DNA of 64,000 nt from the human T2T-CHM13v2.0 reference genome, Homo sapiens, in the NCBI RefSeq assembly GCF_009914755.1, contig NC_060942.1, one strand, 5' to 3'. This document shows positions 1-10,601 of the stretch, piece after piece. Numbering within the stretch: the first letter of the stretch is position 1; each line of letters begins with the position of its first letter. The notes beneath the pieces are model-generated. The model saw only the letters and a program-made list of their open reading frames with translations, was not told where the DNA came from and did not search any database. Made by a program: the position numbers and the translations under genes.

Positions 1-139
1 AGAAATGTTTACCTCCTTTCATGGGATGACAATAAATATACTAAACAAGGATGTTTTTCTGGAAATGAAAATAATTCTGTGACCAGCACCAGCAACCCAA
101 TCTAGAATATAGCATAGTACAATTCGATGGGATATAGAG

Positions 140-255
140 ACTATTGAGTCCAATGTAGTCATTTTACAGATGAGAAAATCCAGGCCCCAAGAGTTAGGGA
201 ATTTTTCTGATTTCTCACCACTTGTTAGTGTTGGAGCTGAATCTTGAAGCCAGTG
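140..255 (-). mobile_element. MIR SINE fragment
   Basis: Core 'attttacagatgagaaaatccaggc' matches the reverse complement of the MIR core. Confidence 0.75.
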
Positions 256-494
256 TTTGTTGCTATATCATGCTAGACCTTTACATCGCATACACATATC
301 AATATGTGTGTTACTGAATTACTAAATGGCCCTAATGCCTCATCTTTCTGTTTTTTTGTTATGATGGAATGGAAGAGTTCCACTTGCCAAAGTAGGTGCA
401 AGAGAGAATAGAGAAGTCCACACAAATTGTTTCATGGTCTTTTGAAAGAGCAAGTGACCACAGGAAACATTAAAATATCCTAGCATATAGATAT

Positions 495-865
495 TGATAT
501 GGTTCGGCTGTATCCCCAACCAAATCTCATCTTAAATTGTAGTTCCCATAATCCCCATGTGTCTTGGGAGGGACCTGGTAGGAGGTAATTGAATTATGGG
601 GGCGTTACCCCCATGCTGCTGTTCTCATGATAGTGAGTGAGCTCTCATGAGATCTGATGGTTTTTTTAAGGGGCTTTTCCTCTTTTGCTTAGCACTTCTC
701 CTTCCTGCCACCATGTGAAGAAAGACATGTTTACTTCCCCTTCCACCACGATTGTAAGTTTCCTGAGGCCTCCCTAGCCATGTGGAACTGTGAGTCAATT
801 AAAGCTCTTTCCTTTATAAATTACCCAGTATGTCTTCATTAGCAGCATGGGAATGGACTAATACA
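495..865 (+). mobile_element. THE1 (probably THE1C/D) solo LTR, ERVL-MaLR
   Basis: Starts tgatatggttcggctg, ends ggactaataca, typical THE1 body. 5-bp TSD gatat/gattt (1 mismatch). Confidence 0.92.
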
Positions 866-1949
866 GATTTCATCTTGGGGTGTTGCACCTTCCTGCTGTA
901 CTAAAAAGTGCTATTTCTTTCCTACCCTATGTAAATGTATAACTCCCACATCTCCCCTTTCACACCCACCTCATTAAATGGAGGTACTCTTTGTTGATAC
1001 CTAAGATACATGCTGACTCTTTCTCTTGCTCAGCAGGATCTTTTTATAAAATTCTCTTAAAATGCAAGAGTCACATGAACCAAGGGTTACATCAAGGTCC
1101 CGAAACATTATTGCCCATTAGTTTTAGAAAGTTAAAACCTGAATTAGTTGAGTTTGGCCTTTGGGGCAGTTGAATTTGTTTCTCTGATTAGACTTTGCAT
1201 TTTTAAAAATTTACTGCAGAGGTGGGGATTTTTTCTCCTCAAGATGGCTTAAGGTACTCCCAAGTGTGAAAGTGGGTATAGACATAGGTTTTATTCATTT
1301 GTTTTTGGTTTGGATTATGATGGCAACTAGTAAATATTCATGAGTGAAAAGCATTTAGTTGGGACCAAGAATTATCTGGATGGAATAGGTACCTGTAGAG
1401 ACGGCCTCTATTTGAGAAGAGCAACTCTCCCTCATGGCTCCACACCCTTGAGCTGCCCATGTTAAGAAACAAAAATAGAAAAGAAAGGAGGATGTACCTG
1501 ACATAATTTAGTGTAGCAACCTGCTGGAGGCCTTCACCTGCTGTGACAAGGGTGGCCTGAGGCAACTGTTTGGAGTTCAAGGAGATAATTTTGCAGTCTA
1601 TGCATCAAGTCTTTAATAATCTCCTTCCTCCATTTAACTCAATTTTCTGATGCCCCTTCTTACAACCCCTACTGAAGCCTGACTCCTTTAAACAGTGTTC
1701 TTGGCTTTCCTCTTTCCACATCACAACTTCAATTTCCTATTTCTTCCTCTGCCCATAAATGTATTAATTCATGCTAAGCTATTAGGTAGAAACCACAATT
1801 TTTTAATCTTTTAAAATGACAATTTCCTAAAGTTCAACCTAATGCTAATGGGTAGCAGTTAAGACACCACTTCTCTCCAGTTTCTTTACTTTTTAAAAAA
1901 ACTTCTTTTCACAAAAAGCTTCTTTAGACATAAATGTCTTTTTTCTTAT

Positions 1950-2234
1950 ATAATTTATTCATTTATTTATTTTTGTTTCTCAACTTTTATTTTAGAATCA
2001 GGGATACATGTGCAGCTTTGTTACAAAGATACGTTGCATGATGCTAAGGTTTGGGATGTGATTGAACCTATCACCCAAGTAAAGAGCATAATGCTCAATA
2101 GGTAGTTTTTCAGCCCGTACTCTTGACCTTCCCGCCTCCCATAGTAGTCCCTCATGTCTACTGTTCCCATCTTTATTTCCATGTGTACCCAATGTTTAGC
2201 TCCCACCTATAAGCGAGAACATGTGGTATTTGGT
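1950..2234 (-). mobile_element. L1PA (older primate subfamily) 3' UTR fragment
   Basis: T-rich tail followed by 'caacttttattttag..tacatgtgcag..gctcccacctataagcgagaacatgtggtatttggt', an antisense L1PA 3' end. Confidence 0.88.
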
Positions 2235-2384
2235 AATGGTGGGAATTTCAGGCCCAGCTGACATGCATCTAAGGGGACTGTGATACTCTCAGACATTCCA
2301 CCAGACATCCAGCTAGTCCACACCTTAATTCTGCATCCAATAAAGGGAAGGTATAGGAAGGACTCCCTTCTTCCATCTTTCAGT

Positions 2385-2560
2385 TCATCTCATTTATCCA
2401 TATTCACTGAACATCCATATATGGCAGGCACAGCACTCAGTACGATGGAAAAAGGAAAGATGAAGAAAGACTAAGATGCAGTTTGGGGCATCCAGAAACT
2501 GATAATCTGGGTAGGGAGGACAAATTCATAAACAGAATGTGCCAAGTGGTAAATCTTGCC
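2385..2560 (-). mobile_element. L2 3' end fragment
   Basis: Degenerate 'catttatccatattcactgaacatccatatatggcaggcacagcact' resembles the antisense L2 tail. Confidence 0.55.
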
Positions 2561-3319
2561 ACTGTAAAATGTTTCCAGAGCCAGAATTGAAAAGGTAAAC
2601 TCCTACTCAGAATGCCAATCAAGGCAATAGCAACAGGAGCACCCCCCTGGGCCGTCGTGGAAGGTGTCAACAGGTGGACCTTTGGGGCTACCAACAAGAA
2701 GCGCAATCAGTATTAACAATCAAGCAGGTTTCCTTCTAGGAGCTGGTTATGAAAGTGGATAGGAGGCCATCATGTCCTGCTGTTTGAATGAGGAATGCAG
2801 GCCAGCAGAAAAGCTGGGGAGGATGCTGTGCATATATTTGTATCTCTGTGTGTCCATTGATGGAGCACTTTAACTAACCAGCTATGACCTTCTCCGGAAC
2901 ATAGTTAAAATGCCAAAGAAAATATAAGACAATAATGGGAGGTGAAGGCAAAGTTGCTGGTTTTAGTATGTGCCTCTTTGTAGACAAATAGGCCATCATG
3001 TGACAATAATAAAATATGAAAAACTAATATTAAAAAGGTAAAAATCAGATAATTGCTGAAGCATCAGTTATTTATAAAATAATCGGTAATGACCTTTGAT
3101 AAAGAAATCACATTGTGACATTGCTGACAGGACAACTTTCCATGAAGGCAATGGGGAGAAATGTAGCAGCTGGTTCTGAAAGCAGGGAAAACCTGAGTTA
3201 ATGTGTTAGCCCAGGCAAGAAAACTCTGCTCATTTATTGTTACAAGGTTAAATGAGTACATGTTTTTAACTGCTGGGAATAGGCAAAGCTGGTTCAATAC
3301 TGCTGTTCCTGGATAAGGT

Positions 3320-3776
3320 ATGAGGTCATTACTAGTGCCCTGCCCATATTCCCAGGGGTCAGGTAGGGTTTCTGGGACATGCTGATGGCTTCCAGTGTCT
3401 CCCTGCCTGAGGGGTTCTCTAGCGATACTGTTCCATAGGCTGGACGTACGAACCACTAACACCCCAGGACGAAGCCTCAACAAATCAGGGACCTGAGTTG
3501 GTAGAAAATAACCCATATTCATCTCCTCTCAGTGGTACAACCCTGGCATGTATTCTAATCTGTCAGACGGTCCCCAGCAGGACTGAGTTTTAGTTTCCCA
3601 CAGCCGTAGTTCATTCATTAGTATGACTTTTATTGGCTTTCCTGACTCTCTGTCTCAATTTTGCACTCTCTCTCTGGGCTCCTTGGTATCACCTCCAAAA
3701 TAAACTACTTCTACCCAAATTGTTGTCTCAGGAACTGCTTGTTTCGGGGATCTGGGCAGAAGACAAGACTAAGACA
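3320..3776 (+). mobile_element. LTR16-family ERVL LTR
   Basis: 3' end 'atcacctccaaaataaactacttctacccaaattgttgtctcagg...actaagaca' matches the LTR16 terminus. The start is approximate. Confidence 0.7.
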
Positions 3777-3799
3777 CATCACTTTTTCATATACTGATG

Positions 3800-3900
3800 T
3801 GTCAATGAACAAATATTTATTGAGTATCTATTATCTATATAACACAGTACTAGACTTAAACTATAATAAAGTTTAGGTTCTCAATTGCAAGGAACTCGTG
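3800..3900 (-). mobile_element. L2 3' end fragment
   Basis: 'aacaaatatttattgagtatcta' is the antisense L2 tail. Confidence 0.6.
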
Positions 3901-4108
3901 GGCAATTAAAACATGGGTTCACTGAACATTAAATAATAAAAGCAGGAGGTATATGATGAGTACAAAATGAGCTAGCCAAGCAAAAATGGGAAATGCATAA
4001 ATTTGAGTGGATGAGATGGAAGAGGAAGGACAATTCTGTTGGATGCAGAGATATGTACTGTCTCTGAGAAATTCTGAAATAAAGAAATCTACTAAAATAT
4101 GATTAATC

Positions 4109-4202
4109 CAGTATTTCCCAAACATTTCTAATCCTGGAAACTTTTCTTCATGTAACATCTTGTAAAACTAATGCTCAAAGGAATGCACTTTGGGAAATGC
4201 TG
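4109..4202. mobile_element. Short hAT-Charlie-like DNA transposon remnant
   Basis: Inverted termini cagtatttcccaaa ... tttgggaaatgctg. The element may extend further left. Confidence 0.5.
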
Positions 4203-4599
4203 TCTTGGAAATCAAGTTTCAGCTACTGGCTCTAGATTCCAATGCCTTCCTCCATTTAGCCCAGGGGTTTTCCACTTTCAACCCCACTGGCCAATTTAGA
4301 TATGAAGTAACTCATTACTTCAAGCCAGTTTGGATGAAACAGATAGACTGAGCAGTCTTCCAAAATATTTGAGTTTTTCTGCATGATGCCAGGGTGGATG
4401 TATACCTTTCTAAGAACTATAACACTATTTAAATAAGGAGAAGGTAACACATAGTTGTAACACAATAAGGTAACACAATAAGGAGAAGTTAACACATAGT
4501 TGATCAATTCTTTAGAACTCTAACTGCCTTGAAGAGAAAATGATTAGTTTGTTCTCTGAGAGAATATTTAACTGGTCAGCTGTTATTATGAATACAACC

Positions 4600-4770
4600 T
4601 TGCCTGGGTTCAAATCCTAGGGAATCTTGGGAGAATCGCTTTACTTTTCTGTGCCTCACTCCCAGTATATTTACTTCATAAGGCTACTGTGAGGATACAA
4701 TGAAATAATGCATTTAAAGGGCTTAGTATGATTTCTGGCCCATAGCAAGAGCTCAACAAATAGTAGCTGT
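4600..4770 (+). mobile_element. MIR SINE
   Basis: 'tgcctgggttcaaatcc', 'tctgtgcctca', 'tgtgaggatacaatgaaataatgca', 'gctcaacaaatagtagct'. Confidence 0.85.
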
Positions 4771-5289
4771 GCCCACGATTACTACCACGATTAGCAACAG
4801 TAACATCATTACTTTGGCTCTGTTTTACCTTTAGTGGATTTCTTTCCCCTGGGCCTAAGACCACCTTGACTAGAACACACCCACAAATTTGGCACCTCAC
4901 AATGTCCATATAATGCCTAGATGAGCCAGATGCAATGCAGACAAGTTCTTAAAAAGACAACTTGATATTCTTTCAGAGGGAATTGTTGCCATTGAGATGC
5001 CCTTGGAAAATCTGAATTTAATATATGAAATTGACTCTACAAGTAACTTTCAGAAGAGAAATTGTTGCAAAGAGGTAGATTTTTATATGAATTTTGTCAG
5101 AGCTTTTTAGGATTTTTTTATGACTTTTTTCACTTGCCTACTTGCTTAAATGCATATAATTGCTCTCAAGAATGATGAGTCAGTGCCTGGGTTTGGCTTG
5201 CTAATAAAATCTTATGCACATGTAAGTCATCCCTAATATCAAAATATCATGAAGGGTTTGAATAAATAAGATTGGATCTTCATGGAATA

Positions 5290-5460
5290 TTTTCTTTCTC
5301 CTTCCTTTCCGTCCTTCTCTTTCCCTTCTCCCCTCTGATCCCCCCATCTCTCTTCCCTTCTTTCTTTCTTTCTCCTTTTTTTCCTTCTTCTCTCTTCCTC
5401 ATGTTTTCATTCTCTCCAATTCTCTGTGCATGTTGTTCAGATTGTCTCTCAGTCCCTCTC
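5290..5460. repeat. CT-rich low-complexity tract, left part (continues at 7399-7600)
   Basis: Polypyrimidine sequence lies on both sides of the Ricksha insertion. Confidence 0.8.
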
Positions 5461-7398
5461 CAGTGCTGATCATAATCCCAAAGGACACAATCCAAATGTT
5501 AAAATTCCAAAAGCCATATCCTGGGGAAGGGATTAGCGTGGTTTTGGTTGCATGCTGGATAGTTGCATCACATCTCTCGCATCATGTTAGGTGGAATTAT
5601 CACCTTGTTATTGTCTTTATTTGGAAATTAAGTGTGGTTTAAGGAGATGTGTATGAGTGCCAATTTGAAAACAGGTGGACATGTAGACTTAAATTTAGAT
5701 ATCAACTTGGTTGAATTCAGGAATACCTAGGCATCTAGTAAGGCATTATTTTGCATGTGTCTGTGAGTGTGCTTTCGGAAGAGACTAGCTTGTGGGTCTT
5801 AGTGGACTAAGAAGGGAAGACACAGACACCATCCTCAGTGCTGGCAGACACCATCCAATTGACCAGGAGCCCCAGAGAGAACAAATACAGAGGTGAATTT
5901 GTCTCTCTGAGAGCTGGGACAGACTTTTAATCTGCTGCCTTGGACATCAGAACTCCAGGCTCACCAGCCTTTGGACACTAGGACTTTCACACAGTGCCCC
6001 AGCCCGCAGGTCCTGAGGCTTTCATCCTTGGACTGAGAGTTACGCCATTGGCTACCCTGGTTCTGGGACCTGTGGACTTGGACTGAGCCATGCTATCCGC
6101 ATCCCACGGTCTCCAGCTTGCAGACGGCCTGTCCTAGGACTCCTCAGCCACCGTAAGCTCATGAGTCAATTCCCCTAATAAATTCCCTCCTATGTATCTA
6201 TATACACATCCTATTGGTTCTGTCTCTCTGGAGAACCCTGACTAATACAGATTCATCACCTGGGAAGCCAGATAGCATTGCTTCTTACTGTATTCCTTGC
6301 GACACCACGGAAGAGAACTGTGAAATCGTTCCCTTGCAAAAATGCTGTATTAAGTTCAGTATATAAGGTTACCTAATGGTGAAAGATAAAAGCTTAAAAG
6401 CTAATTATTATTGGTGCTGCGAAAGCAGAACATCACTTAATTGCAATGTCTGAACAATAACCAGACTTTCAACTGGACAGCATATACTTACAACATTTGT
6501 AGACCACAACCATTCTCCAAATACAAGTGCAGTGAGTGTTTCAGAGATCACAGAAGTGAAAACACAGGCAAAAAAATGCAAGAAATCTTTCCTGCCAAAT
6601 TATTCAATCTTGTAGAACTTCTGCCCCTTCACACATGGCACCAATTCGCTATGACATGTATTTCATCTTCACATCATTTAGCACTGGGGGTATAAATTGT
6701 GTTAATACTTTTAGAGACTTCTAATTCATTGTACATATTTTTTTTTGCAAATTTGACACCATGAAAATGCATTATCACAATGTTGATTTTGTGTGTAAGT
6801 ATTGTGTCTGTTTGTAAAAACATTGAAACTTTTTCAATAAATGAAGAGATACTCTTTTTGTACATTTGCATTTATAACAGATAAAATGTCTCAAGATCTT
6901 GGCTCTTTGGATGACTGCATATGCGATGATGGCCCATCACAGTTTTTGATCGATCTTGTCAAAAGACTTAGGTTGTCCATCATGTTATTTCAGATGACGG
7001 CAATTATAAAGCTGGGTGCACACAATTACCAACCATAGTGATAAGCATTTATACATTTCACTTTTTGACATATTTCTTTCTGAACATGGTTTGTCTGCTC
7101 ATAACTGTTATACTGGTGCGACTGTCGTTAGTGTAAGTATAACTGAGTGTTGATGTTTGCAACAATATGTATGATATCATTGCCTACTTTATTGTGTAAA
7201 GTCACGTATGCAGTGTTCTGTCATGTTTTTATCTATCTCAAATAAATCCCCTTTAAAGAATGTAACTACATGTGTTTTAAATAATTTATTATCTTTTTTC
7301 CAGAATTACATTTTTGGGATTTTGTTGTTTCTGGATTTCAACATGAGGAATTCTAGTCTTCAGGATTGTGTCTTTCGGGATTATGGCCCCAGTCCCCC
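5461..7398 (+). mobile_element. Ricksha-type non-autonomous MuDR DNA transposon
   Basis: TIRs cataatcccaaaggacacaatcc (5471-5493) and ggattgtgtctttcgggattatg (7363-7385). 9-bp TSD gtccctctc (5452-5460) / gtctctctc (7399-7407). Internal MLT2 LTR, as known for Ricksha. Confidence 0.88.
5682..6249 (+). mobile_element. MLT2B-type ERVL LTR carried inside Ricksha, preceded by ERVL internal 3' end (about 5520-5681)
   Basis: PPT-like 'gaaaacaggtggaca', then tgtag... and the terminus 'ctattggttctgtctctctggagaaccctgactaataca'. Confidence 0.88.
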
Positions 7399-7600
7399 GT
7401 CTCTCTCATTTCTCTAGGTCTGGCTCTCCATCTCTGTCTTTGGTATGTCTTTCTTCTTCTTAGGTATCTCTGTCTATCTATTTGATTCTTGTCCCTCTTT
7501 TTTTCTGGTTCTTCTGACTCTTTCTTGTGTCTCTCTATCTACTTCTTTTTCCATGTGTTTCTTTTTTTTCTCATCTCTCTGACTCTCTTTGTCTCTGATG
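7399..7600. repeat. CT-rich low-complexity tract, right part
   Basis: Polypyrimidine composition. Confidence 0.75.
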
Positions 7601-8495
7601 CAACCAGACTCTGCATCCCACATTGTCCTCCAAGAGAGGCTTTCCTGATGTAAATGGAATATGCAACATTTAATGCTGCTGACAGCCTAATGAGTCACAC
7701 AGTATCTGCAGACTTTAATGAATGTGTCAGAGTGGGGAGAAAACGACCCTCTCAAATCACTGCAAACACTGAAGCAGATGAACAAAGGAAATTAAACCAG
7801 TTGCATCCAACCGACTTCGAAACACACCCACAAACCTTCTCTGCCCCCTCCTCCATCAGCAGATCTTCACACGTTTGCTAATACCAGCTGGTTCATACAC
7901 TCCAGAAGTATCACCCTTGCCAGTTACTGAAAGTGAGACTTTAAATATGGGTTAAATCCACTGGTCATTAGCCAGTCTTTCATCCATTTTTTCCCCTGGA
8001 TTTTCCTCACCTTCATACTTGATACATCCGTCAAAGGAGGAAAAATACTCCACCAACTGGGATGAGGAAGGGAGGAAGGAGAAAATGGACAAATGTGGCT
8101 CAGAAATGCAGACTTTATCTGCTTTAAAAGCAAGCAAATGAATCAGGAGAATATTGCTAGTCCTGACTTGGTGGTACCTGAGTAAACGTGCTCCACAAAT
8201 ATAGAGAAATATCTGATATTTTTGTGGTATCTTTTGGCAAAGAGATCAAAGAATGTGACATTAACCAGTTGGTACTCATAATCTAGCCTGAGAATTTACA
8301 CCAGTCTGGTCTCCGGTCTCTGCTCAAAAGCAAGCTGGGCAACTAGAGAAACTGAGGCACAGTTAAATATTGTGCCCTTTTCACCTCCTGACTGGGAGAA
8401 CCATGAGGTTGACCCCTGATTGGCCTGGACAAAATCTAAGAGGTGAAGCTTGCTAATGGCACCATTCTCATCAGCTTTGGGACTCCAGATTTTAT

Positions 8496-8537
8496 ACACA
8501 CCACACCACACACACACATACACAGAGACAGAGAGAG
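8496..8537. repeat. Imperfect (CA)n(GA)n microsatellite
   Basis: Seen directly. Confidence 0.8.
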
Positions 8538-9479
8538 TATCCTGTTCCTTTTGCCACTCCACTTTCCAGTTGCAGGTCTCTGGCCAAACAATACCCATAC
8601 AAGGTTAACATTTCTTTTGGATCCTGCCCTCTCTCCTTCTTGACAGTGGCTATTTATTGTTAGAATTTCATTTCCTCAGTGTCCTGTTCTCTCTCTTCTA
8701 AGAGTTAGTCTAGTTGATCTGGACTGAAATTAATCCATAAAAATGAGTTTAACGGGTTAATGTATTTCTCCTCTAAAAAGGCATTTGTTCAATGCAATAC
8801 TGAAATAATTAATAATAAAATTCTAAGGGAGTCTAGCAGTGGGCATTTTAATATCATAATTGGCAGAGAGCAGAATCTTTGAGGGCAGAGTAGCTGTCTG
8901 CTCCTTCTTGAAGGGCTAAGTTTGGATGAGCCTTGAGGTTCTATGTTCTTCTTGATAAATTTCTCCATTTCATCATATGTTGATTGAGATACGCAAATCT
9001 CATGTGTGTGCTCCTAGCTGCCAGTCTCTCAGTTAGAGGCACAAATCTTTGTGCACCAGAACTTAACCAGGCAGACATTCATTATACCACAGAATTTTAC
9101 TTGAAGCAAACACATCTTAGTACCAGCTTAAAAGATTCAAGTGCTCCAAAGGTTTTGTTAGAAGCTGGTATTACCTGAAAAGCAACACTAGGGCTTGGGT
9201 ACCATCAACAGCGTTCTATAAGACGCCCAGTGACTTTTTTTTTTTTGATAACTCTTTAGGTTGCAGCTTGAATGTCTTGGGCCCAGAGGCCATTTTGAAA
9301 CTTCTAGAAGAAAGCAACGAAGTTCAAAGCAGAACAGAGTTAAGATAAATTAGCAAAGAGATACATTTTTACAGTTAAATTTTTTTTAAAAAAAGAAGAA
9401 ACATTAGGCTAATGCACATCATCTTTATCTTAATATCTATAATAAAGATATCATGTCATCTTAATAACTATAATAAAAA

Positions 9480-9970
9480 TGACTTACTCAACACTTAACA
9501 AATGTTCATTGATTGCCATGTGCCAAGCATGGTGCTAGGTATAAAGTTCTCAAGGCAAACAAGACAGACACAGTGGTCCCAGATCTCACAGAGGTTATTA
9601 TTATCTAGCAGGAAAGGCAACCAAGCAAATACAAGAAGTATGGTAAATCTTATAATAGATGTGCAACAAGCTAATCAAGATGTATTAAGATGTGGCAGGG
9701 AAATCTAAATCCAAAAAATGAAGGTGGGGAAGGATAAACAGATGGGTCAAGGAAGGCCTTCAAGAATCTCTGGGAACTAAAAGCTTCAGTAGAGGTTAAC
9801 ATCTTGAGTGCAAAGTGGGTAGAGTGAAGAAATATGAGGGTGAAAAAGCAAAAGAGCCAGAGAGAAAAGGGTCATCTATGCTCTGTTAGAAGTTTTGACT
9901 TTATCCTAAGGGCCACAGGGAGTCATTGAAGGCTTTGGAACAAGCTATTAATGTGATCAGATGTGACTGT
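9480..9970 (-). mobile_element. L2 fragment
   Basis: 'tgccatgtgccaagcatggtgctagg..aacaagacagac' and 'gactttatcctaagggccacagggagtcattgaagg..tgtgatcagat'. Confidence 0.75.
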
Positions 9971-10526
9971 GAATGCATTACAAACAGTGCAAAAGGAGAG
10001 CCTACATTTTGCAGATATACCTGTTAACGTATATGGGGCTCTCAAGGTTGTTAAAATTATCTCAAGGAATATCTGGAAGGCATCAGATGCAAAACAGCCT
10101 GCTAGGCTACCTCAAAAGAAAAGCCAGACTCTTCTGCAGTTGGAGAGTTGAGACACGTGGAGTTCTGTCATCATCTGACTTCTCTCTTGGCAAAGGACAT
10201 AATTTAGAAGCATAGAAGCTTGTCTAGATTTGAGGAAGTTCAGATTAATCTGGTTTAAAATACTCACTGTCCTGCATAACATAAGCCACTGGTCAGACCA
10301 ATATTTTTCCATTCAGTCAGCAGACTCATAGCTGCATGATCCCTGGAAATGGGGCTACAGAAACAGATCATGAAATTCTTAGTGATCCTATTGTTGGATG
10401 GACTGCAATGTTGACAGATGAGCCCAGATAGCCATCGGAACATGGGCTCTGAGGGAAGGACTCACTTCTGGACTTTCTAGTGGTCCTTAGTGAATCCACA
10501 CTGAAAGGTTTAGTGGCAGATGCAGC

Positions 10527-10601
10527 TTCTCTCTCTTTCTCTCTCTCTTTCTTTCTCTCTCTTTCTCTCTCTCTCTCAGTCTCTCTCTCTCCCTCTGTCT
10601 C
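10527..10601. repeat. (CT)n/(CTTT)n microsatellite
   Basis: Seen directly. Confidence 0.9.

Noticed and set aside
3064-3522. 152-aa minus ORF
   Set aside because: It starts within an LTR16 relic, has no recognisable domain, and its length is compatible with chance.
5272-5495. F/S/L-rich and E/R/K-rich ORFs (also 10368-10746, 61979-62398)
   Set aside because: They arise from CT/GA low-complexity or purine-skewed L2 sequence.
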